A DNA stretch of 64,000 nucleotides from Phoronis australis (taxonomy: Eukaryota > Animalia > Phoronida), in contig NMRA01000054.1 in assembly GCA_002633005.1 (NCBI GenBank), forward strand, positions 813,596 to 877,595, written 5' to 3'. The number at the start of each line of letters is the position of its first letter. Position 1 is the stretch's first letter. The translations under genes were made by a program, and so were the position numbers. Shown here one piece after another: positions 51,801 to 63,763 of this stretch. Under the pieces are notes generated by a model that was not told where the DNA came from, searched no databases, and worked only from the letters and a program-made list of their open reading frames with translations.

Positions 51801-54800
51801 CTTCTCTCGTGACACCATTGGCTTCTGCATTTGGAAATACTTCAGTTCAAAAATACTCTGTCTGCTTTTTTATCAAAAATTTCTTGAAATTAGTTTGAAC
51901 TCAAGTCAAATGAGTAAAGAATTATCCCAATTCTTACTTTTTAAATGCGTTATCACTGTTTCTTCGAAGTGAACCGAATTTAATGTGGATTTTCCAAATT
52001 TAAATTTAATTTTGGTGGGCATCAACGTTGTGCCCGGTACCCTAATTTTTATATAAATTTAAACGACAACGGATGAGACTCGGTCTATGTTCTTAATTTG
52101 TGAAAAAACAGGAAAGGTATCTTTAAGTTGCTCGCAGTTTACAAGTTTGAAAGCAAATATTTTGTGGTGACGTCGAGACATCCGTTCTGGAATATGCTAA
52201 ATATTATTGAATCCGGTACAATTAAAAACAACCGCACGGCTAATGGTTCATTACAGATAGATCAGCCGAGCCTGGGTCTTCCCAATCGAGACTATTTCCT
52301 ACAGTCGAGCTTCGCCAAAGTCCGTAGTGTTTATGTGTCCTACATGGTCAACATAGCCGTCATGCACGGCGCCAACCAGAGTTATGCACGCCGAGAGATG
52401 CAAGACGTGCTCGACTTCGAAACACGTCTTGCAAATGTAAGTAAAATGGAGAAAGCAGACAGTTAAAACTGTTTATATGTGGGACGAGAGATTAGAAATT
52501 CTGTGGTAACCATAGAGTTCTTGTACGTCACAATAATAGGGAAATTGTCATTCATAAAGACCATTTGATAACTACGTGAAGACGAACTTTCAACCTAAAC
52601 AAATGCTTGTTTGAAGACAATTAATTTTGTTGCCGGCAGAAGCCATGTTTACTTAAAAAATGCGCTCTCCCGTCTACAATGCCACTGGAAATGGTCAGTT
52701 CTGGCTTAAGGGGATACACGCAACTGTGCTTTTACGTTTTTACAGATAACTTTGACAGAGACCCGACGAGCAGACAGGCAGATAATGGTGAAGGTGATGA
52801 CAATACAGCAGCTGGAACGTGCAATTCCTCAGGTGAATTGATTTGGCTTAATTAGTCATTACTTAGCGTTCATCAGACTAATTAGATATGTATAAACCTC
52901 AAAATCTAGGGTTTCACTTGCGTTTTTTTATCAACATACGTTAGAGTCGCATAAAGTTCATGTAGTATAAGCATAAAATGAAACATGATATTGGAGAGAA
53001 TATTGAAGAATCTGGGGCCCGTTCCAACAAAACTGATTTAGCTAAGACAATTCTTAAATTTAACTAAATTTTAAAATAAAAGTTAAATTTGTCTCAAATT
53101 CATTTCAAGGGAGAGATCTTAAGCTTAATTTAAGTGTTTGACATAAGCTTTGTTTTAATTTTGACAAACTTACTGGATGTGGAAGTTTCAAAGATTGGAA
53201 GTTAAGACAAATCTTATACTTAGTAAGTAAAAAAGGAACTTTTAAGTTAAAAGTCAGTTTCTTGGAACGGGCCCCTGATCTATGGCCTAAGAAATTAACA
53301 TTAATCCATTTGGTAAAAGAATATTCTGAGATTTTTGGATGTTTGGATAAATAATAGGAACTCAAATGATTTTCAGATAACTGGATACAACTTCTGTAAA
53401 ACATCAATTTGTCGAAGTCAAAGCTTTCCTGAAACCGGAAGTCGGCGTCACATGAATTTATCGCCACTTTATACAGCGTACTGTTCTTGCAAAATCGCCA
53501 ATTTCTTTGCCAGTTCCTCAACTCATTCGTCAGTTCCTTGATCTGGTAGAGTGGTGAACAATTTTGGGAGCTCTTCAAATTAAAAATCATTATATTTGTA
53601 ACCCGACGACAGATCAAGTCCATTAGCTCGCCTGAGTCGGATTCGGCAATTCATCACTGCGCGGGACTGTGGAGTGGTCGAACAGCGTGAATCACTTGGA
53701 GATGTAATGTACCCGTATGTGCTCATTACTTATCTTGAATAGAGTTGAAACTGTTAGCATTCTGCCTCATGGACGAAGTTCTCGTAGTCACTCAGGACCA
53801 TATCACCTTCGGACTAGGTCTACCGCGAGTCAGACTCGGGCGCTCTTGTCGACGACATCTGTGGTTGGATTTCCTACAAAGCGGCGTTATGAGTCTCAAG
53901 ATTTAGGAACTAACGAATGACTTAAACCATTCACACTATGGTTATCAATCTTAATTCGGTTGCCAACAATTTGGTATGATAGTTTAAGCATTCCTTCTTC
54001 AATTTGTGCACTTTCAATCAATAAATAAACGCAAAAAACAAAAAATAAATACAATTTGTGTGCGACGTCATTACTGTACCGGTCTCCGCCACTGTGTTGT
54101 TCTGCACCAGCCGCGAGCCGTAGTGGTCTCGAAAACTAGTGAGTTCGAATGAGTAATATGAGAAGTTGCATGTATGCAGGATGCTGTAACACCAATGGTA
54201 TAGACAATATTTCAGTTTTTGCGTTTCCAAAAAACTCTAAGATCGCCCAGAAATGGCACGGCTTCCGTCGTTCGTCGGACACGGGTATGGCAGTACATGG
54301 TGGAGCAAGCGATCAATTCTGGAGCCACGCTGTGCTCAGCCCATTTTGAAGAATCGGGCTTCGATCCGTCGCAGAAACGGAAATTTGATGAAGGTTCCTC
54401 CAACGTGTAAGTGCTTTTGAAGGAGAAAAAGTGTATTGTGTTGTGTCATTGCTGGGAACGAAGTTGTTAGGCACATATTGAATATGAGCCTCAGCATCAA
54501 ATTTTGACTGAGATAACGAATGCGACTGCAGTAGGCCTCAGTTTTTATCAGACCTTTCTTGTTCAAAATTTTGTGGGAATGTACCGGTATGCTATCCACA
54601 TATACGTCAATGCCCAATAGTAGATGGGATCGTTTTTTGATGTCACGGCCGCAACCGGCACTGAGGCTGGAGTCGGACTGGGCCGAAATAATCGACGAAT
54701 CACAATAATGCAAAGCTTTCATAATTTTGGAACAAACAAGACAGAAACGAATACCATTTACCAGAAATGAAATCTAGTTAGTATCATAATAATTAGATAT

Positions 54801-57800
54801 AAGCGTTCCTGACAAAGGTACTCGGCATCCCAAGAAATGAAATCAGTGTCCGCTATTCGCGAGTGGGTTTTGACAGTCAGAATAAAAACTTTGGTTAGAT
54901 TTACAGTTCGAGACACATACTGCTCGACACTCTAGTGGTTAGAAAATTAAATCGTGATTCAATAAAAGGCTTTAATTACCGCAGTGAAATCAAGACTGTC
55001 TTCAGACTGAGTAGGCCGGCTACCACTTAGCTTCACTTACCGGAGACGCCGGTGCGGGAAGTCGAGTTCGTCGATATATAATACCCGCACTTGCACTAAT
55101 AGTGTCAACTGATTAACGTCTTCCACTGATTACATCACGTGGCGGGAAACCAAGAACTCATTAATTTTTCTTTAAAATACAAAATGTCCAATTATGGTCT
55201 AAAATAAGTGCATTTTTAATATTATAGAAGTATTACGTCAAAAAAGTAAAACGTCAAAAAGTGCAAAAATCCATTGTACGAACTCTTTAAGGAAGAGGCA
55301 ACGAAGACTGCAGTTTTTCACTAACAATACATGTGATAAAATTGCCGTGAATTCATTTGACACCGACTTTCGGCTGTGGGAAAAGCTGGATGCCGACAAA
55401 TTAATTTTTTACAACAATAGTAGCCAGTTATCTAAACATCTTTTTAGTTCTTATTATTTACTTCCGAAAAATCCCTTAGCTTTCCCTCTGTTACCTTTCA
55501 ACGCTCAGATATCACCAGACGGCTTCTTGTCTGGAGGATGGTGGTTTCGATGTTGTTCACAACGACCTCCAGCGTTCCCTGTCCCTTGGTTGCGTTTCCA
55601 TTTCAGCTCGCTTCATTTCCCGTTCCATTTGAAGACTCACATGTACGTTTCATTGCAGATCTTCTGGCGCCGTTACCTCGCACCCCAGCATCCAACCTTA
55701 AACGATGAGAACGCGCGGGTGGCGTTGCTTTCGTCGGAGTTTTTCAACTCACTGCCCGACATTCTTGCCTCGACAAACAAAAGGCAAGCGCTATGTCTAA
55801 GGTTTCATATTGATGGTTACAAACAATTTTAGAACTGCTGTAAATTCAAAAGTAAAATGAGCAATAATCAAGAGAAAATTTTCAACCTTCAGCCAGATTT
55901 TTTTGAAATTTTCTGATATCTAAAACATAGGCCTGCTGTTGATATGTCTAACTTGATGACTGTTTCAGAACAGTGGCTAACTACTTAATCTGGATCACTA
56001 TCATGACTTATGCAGAGGATCTGACGTCAGAATATCGCAAGAAGAGAATGGAGCTGCAAGAAGCAATTGAGGCAAGCTGCGAAGACTTTGTTGTAATTGC
56101 TCTTTTCTGATATTGCGAATGTCGGCAGACACGGTTGTGTTCGTTTTAAAATGGATTTAAAAGGGTTTGTTGAAAGTATATACTCTTTGAGCAGCCAGTC
56201 TTGTCAGTTTTTTGGCAGTTAGGACTTGACTTTTCAGAAACCTTGACAAACTAAAGTAAGTGCATTTCAGGGCGTGAAAAAAGAAGAGAATGGATGGAGT
56301 CGATGCGTGGACTACTGCAATAACTATATGGGCATGGCATTAGGCTCAATGTTTGTGACGAAGTACTTCGATAAAGAAAGCAAGTCTTCGGTAAGGAAAT
56401 CAGACATTTCACAAGTTCGCCAACGGAATCACCCTGTCTGGTGTCATTTTCATAAATCAAAAACCAAAATGCCGATGCTGGATGATCTTTAAACATTGTT
56501 GTCTGTTGAAATGTGTTGAATATATTCTATCAAAAAGCACGTGTAGTGTCGGATTGGTGAGTTGGATTAGGCTACATGGAGATTACGTGTAAGATTTATA
56601 CATACTATAAAGACGTTAAGTCAAAATTGTAAATGGAATGTACTTGGCAAATTGTGTTTAATGGTTAAACTATACCGCTTGCACCAAAACTGAATCACCA
56701 GCTGTCAAAATCACTGGCTCTCTTTTGATGATGAAATCCTGAAGTCGTTGGTTATTGAAGCATGTATTCACATTTTGTTTTTACCGGATTTTGAAAAGTC
56801 AGAACTATTGCAGAATAGTTTCACAGCTGGGTACTAAATGACATTGTCTTCTCGAATCTGGGTTGCAAAGTACATGAAACACTTTTAGCCTAACAAGTCA
56901 AGAGATGCAAAGAACGTTTACCTCTGTTTTAGGCAATCGAGATGATAAGACATATCCGACAGGCTTTTAACGAGCTCTTGGATGTGAATGATTGGATGGA
57001 CGATGAGACAAGGGTAGTTGCAAAAGAGAAAGCCGTGGCCATGAAAGAACGAATCGGATACCCAGACTTCATACTCAATAGTACCAGTGTTGATACCATG
57101 TATGAAAATGTAAGATTACAGAGGTTTCAGAATACTCATCAACCTAAATTATCGGAGATGAAAATGCTCTCATGGTTCTTGGTGTTGCCTGACTCATACT
57201 TTGTCGGGATTATCCAATTATTGACTATGGATTACAGATCTATATCATATCTTTAGAATCATAACTCTCTGGTTTGTGACATGAGCTCGCTCGAAAAACA
57301 TTTTCTCTATTATTTCCAAAAAAAGTTCACAGTTGATTTATTCTTAATAAAAAGTAAGGTTCAAAAGGAAAGGTAATCTGATGAGAAAAATGAAATTTCT
57401 TTCAATTGCATATTGAATTTTCCCCCAAATTAACTAGCTTATGCTTGTGTAGGATACAAATTTTATGCTTTCTTTCTCTAGGTCACATGTTCCCCTACAG
57501 ACTTCTTCTCCAACGTGATCGCACTGGAGCAGAATGATGTCAAAAACAGCATGACGAAACTAATGACGCCTGTTGATCACGACGAGTACGTATTTTATGT
57601 CGTAGAAGGCATTCTGCAAACGCAAGACACTCACATGAAACTTGCTGTGAGGGATCAAATGGAATCCATAAATTTTCTCCTGTGATGCAACAGCCAATCA
57701 TTTCAGCCTTTTGTATGTTAGTAAAATACCGAACTTACTCGTGAAAACATTTGCGTGGTTTTGTGTGATCTTGCCTGTCTCGCAAGAAACTTGCTGTACG

Positions 57801-60800
57801 GAACACACCCTGGATACCGACTAAGATATAAATTTCCTTACACTTTTTACACAACTTACTGTACTGCGATATTGATATTGTGTACCTTGCTTATACACTG
57901 CGTGTATTCAGGGTATCTCCGCGGATCGTAGGAGAGAGTATTTATAAGACCAACAATTCAACAAACTATTGCACCTCAAAATGTAGACTATTGTTGTATG
58001 CCTAACAAGCTGAAATACCAATGGGGATTTTTGAAAAGCTCTGATACTACGACAGATAGTATGAAGTAGCAGACAAATGTTAGAATGAAATAATTATCGG
58101 AAATCAAATAATTGAAAACCTGAACGACCCCTCACCGAGCATTGCTTACAGAACCATGGCCGCCATCTTGTAATCGTTGAAACTAGTATGTGGCTCGAGA
58201 TCCTGTTGTTAAACTAAATATCGCTTATTTCATATTTGCAGATGGGAGCAACGCCCTGCTTTAGTGAACGCCTTCTACAACCCGAACTTCAACGAGATCC
58301 TATTTCCGGCTGGCATCCTCCAACCTTTGTTTTACAGTCGCCACTCACCAAAGTATATCTTCCTAGTGAAATGTCTTTTATTACGTGCCATTGTGATTTG
58401 TTAGTAATTAATACATTAATAGTCTCTACCATTATTTCGGTATTATATCTTGACTAACTAAGCTGTAGCTATAAACCGGCGTTCCAACAAAGATACAAAC
58501 TTTGTATTTAGGCCACTCATACCTATAAAACCAGTGTCAACCTGTTCCTTGCTAAGACTAAGGTTGTTTTTTAACTCAGAAAGAGCTGGCAAATCTTGTT
58601 TTATACCATGCTTGAGACGGTGCCGAGTCAACTTTAAGAGCTTCAAATCTCTGCAATATTACGAAGACAATTTGTGTTCAAAATTGATTTTTTTATTTAT
58701 GTGAAACTCTTTATAGGTCAATGAATTACGGTGGCATCGGCGTGGTCATTGGACACGAAATCACTCACGGATTCGACGAAAAAGGCCGGAAGTACAACAA
58801 AGATGGCAATATGCAGCAGTGGTGGAACAACAGAACAATTGAAGCTTTCAAAGCGCGCGCCAAATGTATAGAATTACAGTATTCAAACTACACAGTCGAC
58901 GGAATTGATGTCAAAGTAAGATAATCTTCATAACACCAGCTGTCGTTTCACTTCACAGTTCTTTCCATTTTGAGACTCAGTGGCCAATTCTGTAGTCTCA
59001 CTGTCAATGCGCCCGAAGTACTAAATAGAACTTTCGGGTTATGGAGAGAACTGAAAAAATCGTTGTAAATGGATATTGAGCTGAAATCCATATGTTGTCC
59101 CTGTTGGTGGTGATTAGCACGTGGCATTCAGCGCTGTGTAAAGCAGGCTAGTTCTGTTCCCGAATACCAATTGGGATACTTTTTATTTGTGGTAAATCAT
59201 TTCAGTTTGACCATGGAAAATATTCATGTTACAATAAGTGTTCTGCTTTAGTTACCAAAATTGACAAAGTATTCTCTCGATGACGTCATAAACAGTTACC
59301 GTAAGCAACAGACTGAATACTTCTTTGATGATGTTAAACTCATTGTTTCTTTCCGTTTGTTTGTTGTAATTGGCTCTTCTAGTGCGTCTCATTTTAAGTT
59401 TGTCTGGCATCCTATATGTTTTACTTAACTGATACAGTGTCTTGAGTTTGGAGCAAGTACCTTCAACCAACAGTGTCTTCTAACATGTTTCAGATGAATG
59501 GGCTGCTGACTCTTGGTGAGAACATCGCGGACAACGGAGGAATCAAGCAAGCGTATAAGGTATGACAAGTTCAATGCCAAGTGGAAATGTTACTTTTAAG
59601 ACTGTGTTTGTTTGCCGTTAGTTCACTTTTCTCGAAGTGCATGCTATTCTTGAAATGTACTGGTTAACACGTTTTGAGACATGTGGCCAATTTTTTATTT
59701 TCGAAGTGAGATTGCGCGTGCGTACTCGCCACAGCTGTTACGCAGTGTCATCACGAGGTGAGGTTTAGAACAATCTGTAAACCCTTTCGTTTTTGGTATA
59801 GCGAAGAGGCAAAAACAATTTTAATAACGATCTAGTCAAACTTTATTGCACAAATGAGTTTCATTTTCTTAAATTCCCTAATCAGTGCCTTTGAACTGCC
59901 CTTACCAATAATCCGCTAATTTTCTTTGCGTGATAACAGAGGCATTTTCCTTAGTTCTAGTTAACTTTACTTCCATTTCGTTATGTTCTTGTTTTTTATA
60001 TTCTAAACTTATGTATTCTAATTTGCTGTTATCCTGTTTAGTACCTATATTTTATCATAGTCTAACCTTGTTATTGCCCGGGTTCCGCTTCCTCGGATGG
60101 GCGATGTCAGCATTCCCGTGCTGCCATTATGGCGTTTTGTGCATGCCCATCTTGCAGAGTCTTAGTTAGTTTTATCTATTACGTCATAATAAATGACAAT
60201 ATTCGCAATCCTCCTCTTGTTTTACTCTGCAACATAGCTCGTGGCGTACCCCGGGCAAAATAGATTACGATAAATTAAATTTAACTTGTTAAATGCATTT
60301 ATCGTCATTATTTTGACACTTGTCTCTTTATTTTGAGACCAGTCCTTAGGGTTTATTTTGCATTACTCATCTCTATTTATAGCCTCTAGGGCCTACTTTT
60401 GTATTCATACGTTTCTCTACGCGACTCCTGATTGGTCGCCCATATTTCCTTTGTTCTGTTCAACGTGGTCTCTCATTCAGCCACCTACCTCGTCGTCTAC
60501 AAGACCTACGTTCGTTCTCTTCATTTTTTCCCCACCCCCCATCCCGGGTGTCGGTTCCACTTTCTCTTTGCTCGTATACATTTCCTGTTAGGTTTTTTCA
60601 AGTTTTGTGTTCATGTTCTGTACTTTTCCTTTAAGCCCTTCAGGCAGTTCTTTTGTTTTGTTCCCTCTTGCAGGGCTATTCATTGTACACGCCGGTGGGC
60701 TTTTTGTGCATGCCCATCTTGCAGAGTCTTAGTTAGTTTTATCTATTACGTCATAATAAATGACAATATTCGCAATCCTCCTCTTGTTGTACTCTGCAAC

Positions 60801-61758
60801 ATAGCTCGTGGCGTACCCCGGGCAAAATAGATTACGATAAAATATGAAATAAAAAGTAAAAGTAAAAGCATCTTTTATTTGTCCCAATTATTTAGGCATA
60901 TCGGAAGTGGGTTGAAGAAAATGGCGAAGAACAATTGTTACCTGGCGTTAACCTGACTCATGACCAACTCTTCTTCCTCAACTACGCTCAGGTAAGGTTG
61001 GTTAGACCTATGACTTCGACCAGCTCAGTCATACCTAATATACGCACATGTTATTCACTGGCAATCTGGAAGGTCATTTGAAATAACACTTTCCGTGTTC
61101 GGTGGTTTCCGTAATTCACAAAACGCTATGATTTCAAAATATCAGAAGGAAATCTTTGTGTCGCGTATCCACGTTGCCTTGTTCAGATTGCCTTGTTCAT
61201 TGCCTGCACTCAACAGCAGTAAATTTTCGGTTTCACAAGACAAATCACTTCACAGACGCACCATTTCGATTTCGATAAATTCTGATTTGCACAGCCCTTG
61301 ATCAATTGCTTTGAACCAAACGTTTGCCCCATGTGTGGTTGAGTTTTGATGTGAAGCATTGAAATCTACTTGGCTCACTCAGAAATGACTCAAATCGCGA
61401 TAAAAATCCATGAAAATTCTCAACCCTTGCGGATTGTTGGTCGACGTAATTACGACACGTAATAGACTTTCCGTATATGTTGGTATCTGTGGCGTGAATC
61501 TCAAAGCCACAACCAACAAACTCGCCGGAGCAGGGGTTTGTCGCTGCATCGCGCGATGATTTTGGATTTAACTGATTTCAGATATGGTGCGGGTCGATGA
61601 GGAAGAAATCAGCCTTAAAGTGGGTTCGCACGGAGGTACACAGTCCAAACCCTATCCGTGCACTCGGACCCCTGGCGAATTCTAAAGACTTTGCTGCAGC
61701 GTTTCAGTGCCCATTAGGAAGTCGCATGAACCCAGTAAAAAAGTGTTCCGTGTGGTGA
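45277..61758 (+). CDS. Neprilysin/endothelin-converting-enzyme-like M13 zinc metallopeptidase (type II membrane), 17 coding exons, ~812 aa
   Basis: Exons 45277-45676, 46104-46145, 48934-49095, 49727-49810, 50385-50590, 52257-52436, 52746-52832, 55659-55783, 55969-56071, 56271-56390, 56933-57109, 57482-57585, 58242-58352, 58717-58915, 59494-59559, 60896-60991, 61582-61758 (2439 nt, phases consistent). Motifs: TM helix, [60 protein letters not shown]-terminal CSVW*. Confidence 0.95.
46603..47922 (+). mobile_element. Kolobok/THAP-derived foldback element (1320 bp) in M13 intron 2
   Basis: TTAA at 46599-46602 and 47923-47926; ~300-bp imperfect inverted arms 46603-46914 and 47629-47922; internal THAP remnant. 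Confidence 0.8.
46868..47628 (+). pseudogene. Frameshifted THAP-domain transposase N-terminus
   Basis: [19 protein letters not shown] / [23 protein letters not shown] (THAP C2CH plus AVP-like box), then [19 protein letters not shown]. Confidence 0.8.
48678..48905. repeat. (GAT/AAT)n trinucleotide microsatellite just upstream of the M13 exon 3 acceptor
   Basis: Seen directly; produces spurious poly-D/N, poly-M and poly-I ORFs. Confidence 0.95.
48934..49095 (+). CDS. M13 peptidase exon 3 ([23 protein letters not shown])
   Basis: Canonical M13 N-terminal Cys motif; splice sites in phase 1. Confidence 0.95.
51618..51771. mobile_element. Degenerate GC-rich MITE of the GGCGGATCC family
   Basis: CATAGGCGGATCCAGG ... 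AAATCCTGGGTTCTCTCCTG. Confidence 0.5.
53015..53274. mobile_element. PIF/Harbinger-like MITE (260 bp)
   Basis: Perfect TIR GGGCCCGTTCCAA, 3-bp TSD CTG on both sides, AT-rich interior. Confidence 0.75.
53328..55475. repeat. Diverged ~190-bp inverted repeat pair (53328-53517, 55291-55475) bracketing the THAP remnant
   Basis: The reverse complement of the left arm aligns with the right arm; the track translations FDKLMFY..SSYYL and ADKLIFY..SSYYL reflect this. TTAA at 55287-55290. Confidence 0.65.
54149..54410 (+). pseudogene. Third frameshifted THAP-domain remnant, in M13 intron 7
   Basis: [25 protein letters not shown] / [18 protein letters not shown]. Confidence 0.75.
58717..58915 (+). CDS. 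M13 peptidase exon 14, HExxH zinc-binding exon
   Basis: [23 protein letters not shown]. Confidence 0.97.
60135..60840. repeat. ~139-bp near-perfect direct repeat pair (60135-60273, 60702-60840) in M13 intron 15
   Basis: TTTTGTGCATGCCCATC...GGCGTACCCCGGGCAAAATAGATTACGATAAA occurs twice with one visible mismatch. Confidence 0.85.
61582..61758 (+). CDS. M13 peptidase terminal exon
   Basis: IWCGSMR...VHSPNPIR...[18 protein letters not shown]. Confidence 0.95.
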   Translation: MWCGSMRKKSALKWVRTEVHSPNPIRALGPLANSKDFAAAFQCPLGSRMNPVKKCSVW

Positions 61759-62775
61759 ACGTGGGACCGTACTTCACTGTGTTGGATCGTGAAAGTGGAG
61801 GGGTGTTTGAACCGATATCACGAGTAGGCCTAAAACTATCAGAGCGTTACTCGTGAGAATTCTTCATGCGAACATCGTGAGGCAAGAGCTTACTGGGTCA
61901 ATATTTGTCCATATCGTGAGCTATAAAATGCATATCTCAGATTATAGAGGTTGTGATCACAAACTTAAAAGTACTAACACATACTGTTATTACAAAAATA
62001 GAATTTTGTTAAAGATGCAACGAATGGTCTACTTACACAGAACTGGTTGCCCGAGAGCACAGTACGGGCAATCTCGGAAGGAAATTTCCGAGGCAAGGTA
62101 CAATGAACGTTATACTCTCAGGCGCTGAAATCTGCGAGGACCACACGATCAACATTGAAAAGTCAACGGCGTAAAGACACCCTATTTGGACATTATCACG
62201 CAATCGCTAAATTAAGTTAGTAGGTGCCAATCGTTTGTACTGTAGTATACTAATATTTATCATAGAATAATATACCGTTCTTTGTTTCCATCTTTGCATT
62301 TGGTTCTCTTCAGCAGATGTCTTTCAGCAACATAGATTTCACTGAAATCACCACATTTCCGATTCTTGGGAATTTTCAGAGCTTACTTTTTTCCAAAACC
62401 TCTCACAAATTGAGTTCTTAAAATAATTTCGGGTTATGTAACTTTTCTAAAATTACTGGAATGCACATAAATGGATGGCTTGCTCTGGTGGACTGTTGGC
62501 TTAGTTTCTTAAACACTTGTGATGGCTGAACCGAGCAGTTCTCGCCAGTAAAAAGATCTACCGTCTTCGCCACTCATTTTCAGACACTACACTTTTAAAG
62601 GCCTATTTGTTTATAGCGTATTTAGGCTCATGGGACTGTATTTGAAGCTACGTTTGTATCTGTAATTAGCCGCATGCACATTAACTTTGCATAAGCAAAA
62701 CCATGCTTGAAACTGCTCCTCGGGTATAGGAGCAAGACATATTTTTTAATATCAGCCATTTGACACGTGGAATAC

Positions 62776-62781
62776 AATAAA
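62776..62781 (+). terminator. Candidate polyadenylation signal of the M13 peptidase gene
   Basis: AATAAA ~1 kb downstream of the stop codon. Confidence 0.35.
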
Positions 62782-63055
62782 GAATCTTAGACAGAATTTT
62801 TAAATCAATGCAACTACGTAAATTGTCATGCTCAACGTTTCGCTTTAATCGCTAAATCATCAAGACAATAAACCAGTGTACACTCAACAGTTTCAAACAC
62901 TAAATTAACTGAACAAACAACGAGTATATGCAACCACAACAAACTACCATAGATTCAAGGCAACGGAGCTCTGCTGCTGATTTTTGAATTTCTTTTTATG
63001 TTTTGTCAAAAATCTGATTTAATCAATAAACACACAAAACGCACCGAGAGTGGGG

Positions 63056-63748
63056 TAGATGAAGTAATATTTCTCACGAGACATTATTCAGGGTATTGAC
63101 CTCGACGTGTACAGTATGGTTGAAGTATTTAAAAAATCTGCCGAAAAAATGAAAGCATCTTAGGAATTCGAAGCGTATGTGATAATTACAAAATGTACCT
63201 CGATTGGCGTAGATGAAGTAATATCCCACTCGACATTGTTACGCGTATCGACTGAGATCGAAGGTCGAGGTCAATACCCTGAATAATGTCTCGTGAGATA
63301 TATATTACTTCATCTACGCCAATCGAGCTACATTTTGTATTTATCACATACGCTTCGAATTCCTAAGATGCTTTAATTTTTCGGCAGATTTTTTAAATAC
63401 TTCAACCAGACTGTACACGTGGCGGACCACATACTATATGTATGTACTTGCGCGATAGGTTACAAGTTTTCTCTAGGAATAGAAACAATTTTAAATGTAA
63501 CGATTTCTTACTTGAAAAGAGATAACAAAGATGCAAACAACAGTAATTGTGCATTGAACTTGTAACATTTCCTGAAAATAGTTAAATAACAATATTTGAT
63601 ATCGCAGTTACCGAATAATCGGAGCCTGAGTTGCAGATGATATAATATTTAGCAATTGAAAACTGAGACAGAACTGTCATATAATTAACAGTTTTGTACC
63701 GTACGTTTGGGACCTGATTGCATGTCTAGGGATATTTATGCTACTGCA
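63056..63748. repeat. Copy of the 26033 repeat with internal inverted duplications
   Basis: 63056-63105 is inverted at ~63264-63317, and ~63105-63222 is inverted at ~63302-63420. Confidence 0.75.
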
Positions 63749-63763
63749 ATTGTATTACTTTAA

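Noticed and set aside
53105-55832. ORFs 53105-53623 (-) and 55347-55832 (+) as paralogous proteins
   Set aside because: Their similarity comes from a non-coding inverted repeat; only 55659-55783 is a true exon.
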